A DNA stretch of 64,000 nucleotides from a bacterium (lineage in GTDB: Bacteria > UBA8248): positions 512,001 through 576,000 of the forward strand of contig CBDATS010000004.1 in the NCBI GenBank assembly GCA_965200245.1, in the 5' to 3' direction. Shown in pieces: positions 1 through 10,386 of this stretch. The first letter of the stretch is position 1; each line of letters opens with the position of its first letter. The position numbers and the translations under genes are program-made. The notes below the pieces were generated by a model. It searched no databases, was not told where the DNA came from, and saw only the letters and a program-made list of their open reading frames with translations.

Positions 1-337
1 AGAGCAACAGGGCGACAAGCAACAGCGCAGGCGCATAGCGAAGGAATCCGGCCGAGTGGATGGTCACCAGCACGCCACCCAAGGTGGATGTCACCACATG
101 GGCAGAGAACCAGCTTGGCGGGGAACCACCCAGGCCCGTTCGCTTCGTGATTACGAACACTAGGGACACGCACAGGAAGAGCGTCCCCGCGACGCCGAAA
201 AGGTACAGCGTCGGGGAGCCGGGCAGGTGCCATTCGCCCGATAGTTCGTGCTGAAACGCGAAGAAGGTGACCAGGACGACCGCCGCCGCGAAAACGAGGT
301 ATGCGAGCAGTCTGTCTCCGATATCGAGTCGTCTCAT
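1..337 (-). CDS. membrane protein, runs off the window edge; ferric-reductase-like TM segment possible
   Basis: ATG at 337 just downstream of greA; my translation MRRLDIGDRLLAYLVFAAAVVLVTFF...WFSAHVVTSTLGGVLVTIHSAG is hydrophobic, with two His 14 residues apart; absent from ORF track because it has no stop in window. Confidence 0.6.
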   Translation of the reverse strand, partial: MRRLDIGDRLLAYLVFAAAVVLVTFFAFQHELSGEWHLPGSPTLYLFGVAGTLFLCVSLVFVITKRTGLGGSPPSWFSAHVVTSTLGGVLVTIHSAGFLRYAPALLLVALLL

Positions 338-342
338 GGAAA

Positions 343-822
343 TCAGGGAAATTCGATCTTCTCTACGTCCACGATCTCGAAATTTCTTACGCCGCCGGGC
401 AACTGAACCGATACCTCGTCGCCCGGCTCTTTCTGCATGATGCCGCGCGAGAGCGGCGCGCTGAAGGAAATGATTCCGTTTGCGAGATCACTTTCCTCTT
501 CGCCCAATATCTTGTAAGTGAGTTCCTCGTTCTTGTCCAGATCGAATAACGTGACCTGCGTGCCGATGGTGACTTTCTCGCCGGAGATGGGGAGTTCCTC
601 TATCACGCTCGCCTCCCGGATCTTGTCCATAATGCGGCTCACCTCGTTCTTGAGGTTGCCCTGCAACTCGATGGCCGCTTCCCACTCGGCGTTCTCGCTC
701 AAATCGCCCAGACTCGCTGCCTTGCCGATTTCCTTCGACACCTCATGCTTCAGGCGGTACTGAATTTTCTCGACTTTTTGCCTCAACCCCTCGAGACTCG
801 CTTTGGTGATGTAGTACGGCAT
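343..822 (-). CDS. greA: transcription elongation factor GreA
   Basis: GDLSENAE motif and C-terminal ISFSAPLSRG..GDEV. Confidence 0.95.
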   Translation of the reverse strand: MPYYITKASLEGLRQKVEKIQYRLKHEVSKEIGKAASLGDLSENAEWEAAIELQGNLKNEVSRIMDKIREASVIEELPISGEKVTIGTQVTLFDLDKNEELTYKILGEEESDLANGIISFSAPLSRGIMQKEPGDEVSVQLPGGVRNFEIVDVEKIEFP

Positions 823-864
823 CTCGCCCTCATCCGGCCTTTGAAATGAAATCGGAAACGCGCC

Positions 865-1782
865 TCAGGCGCCTTCCGTTATCTTCTCCTTCACCTGCTC
901 GCGAAAATCATAATCCGTATCTTCGACGAACGCCTCGATCAGGCGTTTCGTGACGGGTCCCGGAACCTTGGCACTCGGCTGAAAACTGTCGATCTCACGC
1001 ACCGGCATGGCGCATATCGCGCTCGAGGTGATGAAATACTCTTCCGCCTGTGCCAGATCGTACGTCGTCAGGTCTCTTTCCTCAACGGCGATCCCCAGAC
1101 GCGCGGCGAGCTCGAACACCGCCAGTCGGGTCACTCCCTGCAATATATTACTCTCAAGTGGCGTCCATAGCGCGCCGTCTTTCACCATAAAGAAATTGGC
1201 ACTCGAATTTTCAGCCACGTTCCCGGAAATATCGAGCATCAAGGACAAGGAACCCGACGCGGCGGCATCGAGTTCCGCCAGAATCTGGTTCATCTTGCTC
1301 GTCACCTTCGCTCTTGTCTCGATGCATTCGGGCGGATTGCGTCTCGTGGGCGTTATCGCCAGACGCACGCCGTTCAGATACCGCTCGGCGAAAGACGCGA
1401 CGTTCACAGACCGCCAGAAGATGAACACAGAAGCCGGTCCCGCCGCGTGCGCCGCCATGGAGGGGTCGTCGAGGCCACGGGTCACCCAATGGCCGACACG
1501 GTACATGCCTCCCTTCTCAAGACGACACAGGTTCGCCTCGAAAGTGGCCAGCGTGGCCTGCTTCATATCCGCCCGACTCAGGCCCAAGTCGATACGAACG
1601 TACTTCAGCGAGCGGTAAAGGCGGTCGATATGATCATCGAGCCGATAGAGCTTTCCATCAAAGCACGGGGTAACCTCGTACACCCCGTCGCCCCAGAGGA
1701 AGCCACGATCGAAGGGCGATATCCTGGCGCTCTTCTCTTCCATAATCTCACCATTGAGATAGACGAATCGCTCCCCGGGCAT
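865..1782 (-). CDS. class IV PLP aminotransferase (branched-chain/D-amino acid type)
   Basis: FDRGFLWGDGVYE, HIDRL, ENSSANFF, ILQGVTR motifs. Confidence 0.9.
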   Translation of the reverse strand: MPGERFVYLNGEIMEEKSARISPFDRGFLWGDGVYEVTPCFDGKLYRLDDHIDRLYRSLKYVRIDLGLSRADMKQATLATFEANLCRLEKGGMYRVGHWVTRGLDDPSMAAHAAGPASVFIFWRSVNVASFAERYLNGVRLAITPTRRNPPECIETRAKVTSKMNQILAELDAAASGSLSLMLDISGNVAENSSANFFMVKDGALWTPLESNILQGVTRLAVFELAARLGIAVEERDLTTYDLAQAEEYFITSSAICAMPVREIDSFQPSAKVPGPVTKRLIEAFVEDTDYDFREQVKEKITEGA

Positions 1783-2133
1783 CAAGTGCTCCTCCCATGC
1801 GCATCAACAAAGAAAGGCCGGCCCGCGAAGACGGACGCAGCCACATGAAAAATGAACATCACTGCATGTAGCATCATCTTGCAAGAGAACGCAACGCAGT
1901 TATCTCTTATTGGCAGGTAACGCCAGTTTCGTAGATTTTGTAACATATTTGCATGGTCGATAGCGAATACCAGGCATACCCGTACACCCTTGAAGTGCAT
2001 AGAGGCTAGCCCGCGCAACCACAGGAGAGAGGTGGTTCCATCCATACACAAGGCGAGTTCAGCGGCCATAATACTCTTTTCACTCCATCTCTCAAGAAAA
2101 CACCCGAAAACATCTTCCCAGGAAGGAGAACCG

Positions 2134-2610
2134 ATGCCGCGCAAGACTGAAGAGACCAAAAAGCAGGTCGTCGTCAACCCGTGGGGCGACAGCAGGAAGT
2201 ACCTGATGGCCACATCAGAGTACACCGGTGTCGTGGTGGGCAAGGAGGCGACGGACGGGGAATATATCATCAGCGACGGGATCATCGAGCCCGGAGGGCA
2301 CATCCCGGAGCATTACCACAAGTGGGAGGACCAGACCTTCCACGTCATCGAGGGCGTGCTGTCGGCCCGGATCGGCGGCGAGACATACCGTCTGGGCAGC
2401 GGGGACACGATCCACTGCCCCCGCGGCGTATCCCACTACGTGGAGAACACCGGCACCACGACGGCAAGGATGATCAGCTACATCTTCCCCGGCCACTGGG
2501 CCGAGGAGTTCATGGCCGAGACGTCGCGCCAGAACAGGAGTGGCCGTCCCGACCCCGGGTTGATCGAGGAGAAGTTCGGTGTCGTCTACCCCCTACAGGA
2601 TGAGGCATGA
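2134..2610 (+). CDS. cupin-domain protein
   Basis: HYHKWEDQTFHVIEG and PRGVSH cupin motifs; AGGAG RBS before ATG 2134. Confidence 0.85.
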   Translation: MPRKTEETKKQVVVNPWGDSRKYLMATSEYTGVVVGKEATDGEYIISDGIIEPGGHIPEHYHKWEDQTFHVIEGVLSARIGGETYRLGSGDTIHCPRGVSHYVENTGTTTARMISYIFPGHWAEEFMAETSRQNRSGRPDPGLIEEKFGVVYPLQDEA

Positions 2611-2629
2611 AGTGGCATCAGCCTCGCAC

Positions 2630-2961
2630 AGGCCGCCCCGCCCGGTGAACAGGAGATTCTCCGGGTGTCGATCGGCGCCCTGATGCAGTTCCGGAACAAC
2701 GGAGCCTGGCTGGGGGGGCACCCTGCTCGCCGTCGCCACATTCCTGTTCGGTGCCGCGGCGTTGCGCCGGTCGGGACCGTTCCCGCGCTGGAGCGCGTAC
2801 ATCGCCGCCGGCAGGTTTCCCGGCATCGCGGGAAGCCTGACGCCGTTCTTTCCCGCGTCGGTCCGGTGCACCAGTTCGGACTGACCGCATTCAGCGTCCG
2901 GGCACTGGCCGTCGGCTTCCTGCTGCTGCGCGGCGCACGCGCAAGTCGGCCGGAGGGTTGA
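2630..2961 (+). pseudogene. frameshifted membrane-protein remnant (DUF4386-like)
   Basis: Switching frames gives GAWLGGTLLAVATFLFGAAALRRSGPFPRWSAY...GIAGSLTPFF...ALAVGFLLLRG; no continuous ORF. Confidence 0.4.
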
Positions 2962-3247
2962 CCGCCGGATAGCCAGTTGAATCGTGTCTTCCCTTGATCG
3001 ACACAATCCATACACACTCTTACACCCGGGCTGTCAAAAAGGGATAGTTGCAAAAAGATGAAAAGGAAAAATCGTTCCGAGGCACGCTCCGGAAGGGTTA
3101 AGACAAAGTCCTCTGATATCGCGCAGTTTCTCAACGGAGTGCCTGTCGCTGGATAGCTTTGTTTGAGGGTACGTAGCAGATGAGGCCTGAGTTAGTGGAC
3201 ATTCCAGATGCGCTGAATGTTAGTGTGGCTCACCTCGAGGTGCCTGG

Positions 3248-3530
3248 TCATAGTACAGGTCGACCAACGCGTGGCCTGCTCGGACGTGCGATGCACGTGT
3301 CATCGGTGATACGTGCTATGGTTGCTCGCCCGTAGTGCGGTTTTCGTCCTCGCTCCGGTCGGCCAAGGAGACCCACCAGACGCTGTTGGGCGAAGCGCCT
3401 CCTCCATTTCGACACCGTGTCCTGGCCCTGGTGCCCAACTACTCGGTGATGTCGCATCTCGACATGCCCTCAACGGCAAGGGCACGATGCGTGCCCTGAA
3501 TATCTCGCGCACGCCAGAACGACTCGAATA
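3248..3530 (-). mobile_element. IS630-family transposase remnant (N-terminal HTH only)
   Basis: FRARIV..., then after a frameshift TVSKWRRRFAQQRLVGLLGRPERGRKPHY; no DDE domain. Confidence 0.7.
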
Positions 3531-3825
3531 TCCCATCCGATGCAAGGCCGTATGCGCCCAGCCACTGAGTTCAATGGATGGGGCGCCACGCATGTGACTT
3601 CTCTCCCGGGTGGTGAGAGTGAAAAATATAATCTTGTCTTATTGCGTGACAACACACCAGCGCGAGTAATTATGTATTTGACAAGAATGTATCCTTGGAT
3701 ATGCAGGATGAGAAGTCCGTCGGGATTGAAGAAGAATGAGGTCCGGGGACACTCGCTTTCGAAGAATGTGCTTGTTCTTCCTTGCATCCTAAACACCTCC
3801 TGCTGCGGCGAGGTTAAACCATGCA

Positions 3826-3995
3826 CAGGTCTGGACGTTGTCTTTGGACACGCGCTCGATCCAGTATATCAAGACTGGTTCTCGCAGGTATGGATGTGGT
3901 TCAAATGTGCAGTGACGCAGCCTGGCCTCAGCGGCAACTACACCGACATCGATCTCGTCGCGAGGAATGCAATTGTGGATATGGCGCCCAGCACA
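3826..3995 (+). pseudogene. possible tyrosine-recombinase C-terminal remnant
   Basis: Fragments in different frames (GLDVVFGHAL / SISRLVLAGMDV / LSGNYTDIDLVARNAIVDMAP) weakly resemble FHALRHT..L...G..YTD..L; very degenerate. Confidence 0.3.
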
Positions 3996-4085
3996 AATGC
4001 TATGCGCCGGGCACGAGAATGTCGAAAGCACATCCCAACCCGTTCATCGCCGCCGCGGCCACTCGGTGGTAGAGAGAAGCAGTTT

Positions 4086-4442
4086 TCATTTCCCCGGCAC
4101 CCCAAGCCCGGCCAGTAACGCCTGTACGGTTTCGCGCAGCTGCGTAAGATGGGTTTCGACATAGTCCCAGACAAGTCCGGGTACTACATGGCCGTAGCCA
4201 TGGACGAGCACGTTACGGAAATCGATTATCTCGCGCAGCCGGGGAATCCCTTGGGCAAGCTCGGGGTGGTCCTTGCGCAGACGGTTCAATGCTTCGCCGA
4301 TGACCCCGAACTTGCGCTCGACCGCTGCCTGCATCATCGCGTCTTCAAGGTAGGCACCGATTTCGATGCCTTCGGTGAAGCGCTCTATATCGGCGCCCGC
4401 CTACTGGATATCTGTCAACAAGACACGAGGATCACGATGCAT
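4086..4442 (-). pseudogene. HepT-like (DUF86/HEPN) RNase toxin with internal amber stop
   Basis: MHRDPRVLLTDIQ* (TAG 4401-4403), then in frame AAVERKFGVIGEA...FRNVLVHGY (RX4H motif). Confidence 0.85.
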
Positions 4443-4743
4443 AGACAAGCTCGCGTGAACTATCGATGGCGGCGCGCAGATACGGGTTGCGGAATTCGTG
4501 ATTTTCGACAAGGTCGACAGGGCGGCCGAGGATATGACGCAACTCCTCGACCAGACCAAAAAACCGATCAAAAGACGACCGGTCACTGTCGGGGAGGAAT
4601 TCCACCAGGAAGTCGGCGTCGCTGGTCTCCGGATCGAAGTCCGGTGCTGCGGGCTGCGGAGCCGAAGACCTCAAGCCGCGCCACATCGTAGCGCTGACAT
4701 ATCTCGGCCAGTTCCTCCGTCCGGTCAGCGATGACGCGTGCAT
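4432..4743 (-). pseudogene. MNT (minimal nucleotidyltransferase) antitoxin with compensating frameshifts
   Basis: VIADRTEELAEICQRYDVARLEVFGSAAR in one frame; DFDPETSDADFLVEF...GRPVDLVE..NPY in another. Confidence 0.85.
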
Positions 4744-4989
4744 ATCCACCCCTCCCGCTGTCGCGGCAAACAATGCGCTTCTCCGGTGTCATCGCAACAT
4801 CGCCTCCTTCAACCGGTCACGTTGCGAGCATTCCCGCCGCTTCTGCGCTTGGGATGCCTTGGCGTGCCAGCTTGCTTAGGCCGCCTGTATTCCTCCACAG
4901 AGAGCACCACGGTGCCTGGTCGCCCATGCTCGGTCGCGGTTGGGCGAGGACAAGGTCGCCTAGTCGGCCAAAGCCGTATTTGGCATCCT

Positions 4990-5245
4990 TAGCGCACAGC
5001 GCCAGTATAGCACCCCCGTTGTCGGCGCCGCCGATTTTGGTCAAACTGGTCCAAAATGCAAGAGGCGCACTCTCCCATTTGAGATGTCCCAATCCAGCGA
5101 TGCGGAGTGTGCTCGGGAACAAGCGCCTAACGAGAACATTGGATATGTCCTGCTTCACTTTCTCAGGAATCAGGTTCGAGGAGAATATTATGTGGTACGA
5201 CGCAAACGCATAGTCCACACACGTCGAAAGTTGCTGGTGTTTCAA
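4990..5245 (-). mobile_element. possible IS200/IS605 Y1 (HUH) transposase remnant
   Basis: YAFASYHIIFS...RRLF...IAG...KIGGADN resembles the TnpA N-terminus; HUH motif absent. Confidence 0.35.
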
Positions 5246-5756
5246 ACATGGAATTTGGTGTCCTCCTCTCCGGTTCCGTAACCAGCCAATCCCATTCCGG
5301 AGCCATCTCCCTTTACCTCAAAGGAGACGGCCCCTGTTTTGTCTCCTCATCCGTCTGTAGCGGAAAAGCATGAGATGCAGGTAAGTGAGGATTATAGCGA
5401 GAAAACACGGGAATCATTCAACATGTTGGACATTGATTTGAAAGCATACAAAGATTGCGGTTTTACGTTTGAATGGCTGATTTCCCAAAGATGCCGAGAA
5501 ACCTGCCGCAGCTTTCGAGGGGACCCATATCCTTGACTACGCAAATCGCTATAAATGCTGTCGAATGGACAGGAGTTCTGACTATGTGCCGTGGGATTAG
5601 AGTTAAGTCAACAAACTTCCTGCATAAAGCAGAAAACGCAAAAAGAGTTCCGGAAAATCCTCCCTATCCGGCAACATGTCCGGATCCGAGATTCATCCTG
5701 TGTGGCGATGGGTAAGTACTTGAGTCGAATTTCTCTTCCAAACTGGAAGAATCCAC

Positions 5757-7349
5757 TCAAGTCTTCCTTCCCCAACCGCCCCCGCCAGGCGTTTCCAGAC
5801 GTATCCTGTCTCCACGCTTCGCCCTGAGACGGGCCTTGCCAGAGAACTGGCGTTCCTCGTCTGTGCTAATGAGCAGATTCCTGCCCTTCATGCCCGGGTC
5901 TCCGCCGTTCAGCGGCCAGGGGGCCTTCTCCCGCCTTTCCGTCATAAACGAAACGGTGGCATCACCGAGGAGTTCGATCTCGCGGATGATACCGTCGCCG
6001 CCTCGGTGTTTTCCACCGCCGCCGCTGCCGCGTCGAACGGTGTAGCGACTTACCCGGAACGGATAAGCATGTTCGAGCGCCTCGATCGGGGTGTTCAGGG
6101 TGTTGGTGAGATGGGTATGGATGGCATCTTCCCCGTCACCCCACGGTCCTCCGCCCATGCCGCCACCCGTGGTTTCATAATAGGCATATGGACGACCCTG
6201 CCTTGGGCCGGGGCGGTGGTCCATTCCTCCCACCGTGAGGTTGTTCATCGTGCCGCAGGAAGCGGCGGGTATCTTGTCGGGACAGGCTCTGGCGAGCGCT
6301 CCGAGAATCACATCCACCATCCTCTGGCTCGTCTCCACGTTTCCACCCGCCACGGCGGCGGGGAATTCGGCGTTCACCACCGTACCCGAGGGCGCTATAA
6401 CCTCAATGGGGTTCATACAGCCTGAATTGTTCGGGATATCATATGGCACCAGACAGCGCAGGGCGTAATAGGCCGCCGTGCGTGCAATGGATTCCACTGC
6501 GTTCACGCTGCCATGCGTCTGTGGGGCCGAGCCTGTGTAATCGACACGCATATTCGAGCCCCGTATGGTGATTTCCACCCGTATCGGCACGAAACCGCTG
6601 CCGAAGCCGTCATCATCCATAAAATCCTCGAACAGGTATCGCCCGTCGGGAATATCGCGAATCACGGCTTTCGTCAGACGCTCGGAATATCTTTGAAGTT
6701 CGACCGTGTAGCGCAACGTCTCGGCCAAACCGTGACGCTCGACAATCTCCAGGATTCTCCGCTCGCCCACACGGTTCGCCGCGATTTGCGCGGCGATATC
6801 CCCCCGGCGTTCCTCGGCCGTGCGCACGTTCGCAAGGATGAGCGCGAAGACATCTTCCTGCATCACGCCTGCGCGCACGAGTTTCACCGGCGGAATCACC
6901 ACACCGTCCTGGAATATCTCCGTCGTGATGCTCATCGAGCCAGGCGCGATTCCGCCCACATCGGCATGGTGCGCCCGATTGGCCACGTAATAGATAAGCT
7001 TTTCCTGTCCCCTCTCCGTGCCGTATACGGGCGAAATCATCGTGATGTCCGGCAGATGGTTCCCCCCATGGAAAGGGTCGTTCAGCACAACCACGTCGCC
7101 CGGTTCCAGTACCATGCGATCGATGACGTATTCCACCGACATCGGCATGGATCCCAGATGGGCGGGCAGATGCGCCGCCTGCGCCGCCATCTGCCCCTTC
7201 GCATCGAAAATGGCGCAGGAATAGTCCTTGCGTTCCTTGATGTTCGGGGAGAAAGAGGAGCGGCACAGCGCCACGCCCATCTCTTCGGAGGCCGCAAACA
7301 ACAGGTTACGAAAGACTTCCAGCAGTATCGGATCGTATGTTTCCGCCAT
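5757..7349 (-). CDS. hydantoinase B / 5-oxoprolinase subunit
   Basis: SFSPNIKERKDYSCA, NDPFHGGNHLPD, HHADVGG, C-terminal TPGGGGWG. Confidence 0.95.
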   Translation of the reverse strand: MAETYDPILLEVFRNLLFAASEEMGVALCRSSFSPNIKERKDYSCAIFDAKGQMAAQAAHLPAHLGSMPMSVEYVIDRMVLEPGDVVVLNDPFHGGNHLPDITMISPVYGTERGQEKLIYYVANRAHHADVGGIAPGSMSITTEIFQDGVVIPPVKLVRAGVMQEDVFALILANVRTAEERRGDIAAQIAANRVGERRILEIVERHGLAETLRYTVELQRYSERLTKAVIRDIPDGRYLFEDFMDDDGFGSGFVPIRVEITIRGSNMRVDYTGSAPQTHGSVNAVESIARTAAYYALRCLVPYDIPNNSGCMNPIEVIAPSGTVVNAEFPAAVAGGNVETSQRMVDVILGALARACPDKIPAASCGTMNNLTVGGMDHRPGPRQGRPYAYYETTGGGMGGGPWGDGEDAIHTHLTNTLNTPIEALEHAYPFRVSRYTVRRGSGGGGKHRGGDGIIREIELLGDATVSFMTERREKAPWPLNGGDPGMKGRNLLISTDEERQFSGKARLRAKRGDRIRLETPGGGGWGRKT

Positions 7350-7358
7350 GGCCCCTTC

Positions 7359-9374
7359 TCAGGTCAGGTTCTTCAATACGAGATTGCCCCGTTCATCCAC
7401 CCGGCATTCCCAGCCCGGAGGTACGACCGTCGTGGCGCTGAACTCACACACCAGCGCAGGCCCCTTGAAACGATTCCCGCGAGAAAACCTGTTCCGCGCA
7501 TATACGGAACCCTTGATACGCTTTCCCGCAAAAACCATGTTCCGGCTCCCCTTGAGCGCATGGGAAACGTCTTTCCGCGCTTTCGGAAGCCGTCTCGCGG
7601 GCGGACGATCCACCTCCCCGATACCCCGTACCCTGAGCGTCACGATCTCGATGGGGCTCTCGGGGCTGGAAGTTCCGAAGCGCTGATCGTGCAACGCATC
7701 GAACGCAGCCCGGAGGCTCTTGCGCAAATCGACACCCGTCTCGGACAGGTAAGGAAGCGTCAATTCATACGATTGCCCGAGGTAGCGCATATCGATGAAG
7801 AGCGAGAAAGCCGGTTTCGCGAAACCCTCGAACTTCAAATCCCCGCGTCCTTTTTTCAGCAAGGGCGAAAAATGACTCGCGAGCGTTCTCTTGCTCAATC
7901 CATCGAGCGGCAGAAGCACGGTCCGGGCGTAGTCTTTCACCACGTCCGCCGTCAGCATGCCCCGTGCAGAGAGAATGCCCGGATCGTTGGGTACGATGAC
8001 GTGCGGAATTCCGAGTATCTCGGCCAAGGAGCAGGCGTGCATCGCTCCTGCACCGCCAAAGGCAATGAGAGCGAACTGGCGCGGATCGTGGCCCCGTTCC
8101 ACGCCGATTAGGCGAATCGCGCGCGCCATGTGCTGGTTGGCAACGCGAATGACGCCCTCCGCCGCCTGGAGAGCGCTCAGACGCAGGGACTTTGCCAGAC
8201 GCTCGATACCGACCTTCACCGGTTCCATATCGAGAGCCATCCTGCCGCCCAGGAATTGTTCGGGATCGAGGCGTCCCAAGAACAGGTTCGCATCCGTGAC
8301 GGTCACCTGATCTCCCTTGCCGTAGCATATCGGACCCGGATCGGCACCCGCGCTCTGGGGGCCGACGGCCAAGGCACCCCCCGGATCGACCCGGGCGATG
8401 GAACCTCCGCCTGCGCCTACCGTGTGAATATCGATGAGGGGAACCCGAATCGGGCAACCGGCCACTTCGGTCTCCGCCGTGAAACCGATGCCGCCGTGCA
8501 GCAAGGAGACGTCCGTACTCGTACCGCCCATATCGAATGCGATCGCGTTTTCAAACCCCGCGCTTCTCGCCACCTCATGGGCACCTACAACGCCGCCGGC
8601 CGGGCCGGACAGGATCGTCCGTACGGCCTCCTCTCCCGCCATCGCGCTCGAGATGACGCCGCCGTTGCTCTGCATGATACGCAAACGACCGGAATCCAAG
8701 CGCAATTTCAAGTCCTTCAGGTACCTGTTCATCATGGGGGACACATAGGCGTTCACGCACGTCGTGCTCATGCGCTCGTATTCCCGGAATTCAGGAAGCA
8801 CCTGGCTGGACATCGACACGTGGACACCGCTCCGGCGAACCGCCTCCGCCACTTTCTCTTCATGAGAGGAATTCGCATAAGAGTGCAGCAGGCAGATGGC
8901 GACGGACTCGACGCCCGCTTTCCTGAGTTTCCGGTTCAGCGCCTTCAGGTCCGACACCTTGACGCGCAGGAGTTCGCCGCCTTTTTCGTCCAGACGCTCC
9001 GCCACGCCTATCCTGAGATCCCTGGGCACCAGCGCCGGTGGTTTGCGGTATGCGAGATTGTAGAGTTCTTTCCGGTTCTGACGGCCGATTTCGATCAGGT
9101 CCTCGAAACCGGCCGTCGTCACGAGAGCGGTTTTCGCGCCGCTGCGGGTGAGAAGGGCGTTCGTCGCCACGGTGGAACCATGGGTGATGTCGATATCCAC
9201 ACCGTGGCCTTCCAGTATTTCATCCAGCCCCTGCAAAATGGCGCGCTCGGGCGCATCGGGCGTGGAGGGTACCTTATGAACGCGCACCCCGGTGCCATCG
9301 AACGAGATGAAATCCGTAAAGGTTCCTCCCGTGTCGACGCCAATCCGCAGCGTCTTCGTCTTGCGAGCGGGCAT
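7359..9374 (-). CDS. hydantoinase A / 5-oxoprolinase ATP-binding subunit
   Basis: DTGGTFTD, SGPAGG, DMGGTSTD, GAGGGS, SAGADPGP motifs. Confidence 0.95.
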   Translation of the reverse strand: MPARKTKTLRIGVDTGGTFTDFISFDGTGVRVHKVPSTPDAPERAILQGLDEILEGHGVDIDITHGSTVATNALLTRSGAKTALVTTAGFEDLIEIGRQNRKELYNLAYRKPPALVPRDLRIGVAERLDEKGGELLRVKVSDLKALNRKLRKAGVESVAICLLHSYANSSHEEKVAEAVRRSGVHVSMSSQVLPEFREYERMSTTCVNAYVSPMMNRYLKDLKLRLDSGRLRIMQSNGGVISSAMAGEEAVRTILSGPAGGVVGAHEVARSAGFENAIAFDMGGTSTDVSLLHGGIGFTAETEVAGCPIRVPLIDIHTVGAGGGSIARVDPGGALAVGPQSAGADPGPICYGKGDQVTVTDANLFLGRLDPEQFLGGRMALDMEPVKVGIERLAKSLRLSALQAAEGVIRVANQHMARAIRLIGVERGHDPRQFALIAFGGAGAMHACSLAEILGIPHVIVPNDPGILSARGMLTADVVKDYARTVLLPLDGLSKRTLASHFSPLLKKGRGDLKFEGFAKPAFSLFIDMRYLGQSYELTLPYLSETGVDLRKSLRAAFDALHDQRFGTSSPESPIEIVTLRVRGIGEVDRPPARRLPKARKDVSHALKGSRNMVFAGKRIKGSVYARNRFSRGNRFKGPALVCEFSATTVVPPGWECRVDERGNLVLKNLT

Positions 9375-10384
9375 CACCTCCTCCTGTGCGGCCAGGCTTC
9401 GGGGTTCAGCAGATCAGGAGGACGCTTCCCGAGAAGACAGGCCTTTACGTTTCTCTCCACACGCCTTGAAACCGCATCCCGGCCCAAATCGGTGTTCGTG
9501 CCCAGATGCGGCATCATGACGACGTTCTTCATGCGCAGGAGCCTCGGGTGCGGGTCGGGTTCCTGCTCGAATACATCCAGCCCCGCTCCGCCGATCTGAC
9601 CCGAGCGAAGAGCTTCGACCAGGGCCTTTTCGTCCAGAATCGGCCCCCGGGCGGTGTTGATTATCACGGCCCCTTTTTTCATACGGGCGAACTCCGCCGC
9701 GCCGATGAGATGGCGCGTCTCCTCGTTCAGGGCAAGGTGCACGCTCAGGAAATCGGATTCGCGCAGAAGCCTGTAGAAAGCACGGTAGGAAACGCCCGTT
9801 TCCTTTTCCGTCTCGGGGCCTTTCCTGTTCCGGCTCCAGTAGCGGACCTTCATGGCGAAGGCGCGCGCCATACGCGCCACGGCGCAGCCGATACGCCCCA
9901 AACCGATGATACCGAGCACCCGGCCGTTCAGTCCCCGGCCTTCGAGCAACGTGGGCGTCCAGCCCTTCCATTTCCCGGTTCTGATATACGAATCCGCCTC
10001 CGTCACCCGCCTGCTTACCGCGAGCAGAAGCGCCATTGCGCATTCCGCCGTAGGCTCCGTGACGACGCCGGGCGTGTTCGTGGCCAGGATTCCCCGCCCG
10101 GTCACCTCTGCCAGATCGATATTATTGAAGCCGACCCCGCAGTTGGCAACCAGTTTGAGACGAGGTGCCGCATCGAGGAATCTGGCGTCTATCTCGTCTC
10201 CGACCATCGAGATGAGAACATCCGACTGGCGCACGGCGCGTCTGTATGCGACGGGGCTCGGCCGCACGTCCCTTGCGTGCATGACGAATTCGGAGATTCG
10301 TTTCAATTCCTCGAAATGATGCGGCGGAAACCTTCGGGAGAGGAATACGCGCGCAAGACCCTTGGAGGGCACCTTTTCGCCCAT
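9374..10384 (-). CDS. D-glycerate dehydrogenase / glyoxylate reductase (D-2-hydroxyacid dehydrogenase)
   Basis: GLGRIG, INTARGP, GLDVFEQEP, PHLGT; stop overlaps hydantoinase A ATG. Confidence 0.9.
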   Translation of the reverse strand: MGEKVPSKGLARVFLSRRFPPHHFEELKRISEFVMHARDVRPSPVAYRRAVRQSDVLISMVGDEIDARFLDAAPRLKLVANCGVGFNNIDLAEVTGRGILATNTPGVVTEPTAECAMALLLAVSRRVTEADSYIRTGKWKGWTPTLLEGRGLNGRVLGIIGLGRIGCAVARMARAFAMKVRYWSRNRKGPETEKETGVSYRAFYRLLRESDFLSVHLALNEETRHLIGAAEFARMKKGAVIINTARGPILDEKALVEALRSGQIGGAGLDVFEQEPDPHPRLLRMKNVVMMPHLGTNTDLGRDAVSRRVERNVKACLLGKRPPDLLNPEAWPHRRR

Positions 10385-10386
10385 GC

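Noticed and set aside
4401-4403. In-frame TAG (also 45254-45256) as pyrrolysine
   Set aside because: Non-catalytic positions in loci with other lesions; no pyl context.
5339-5715. Short ORFs in the AT-rich stretch
   Set aside because: No family could be recognised in any frame.
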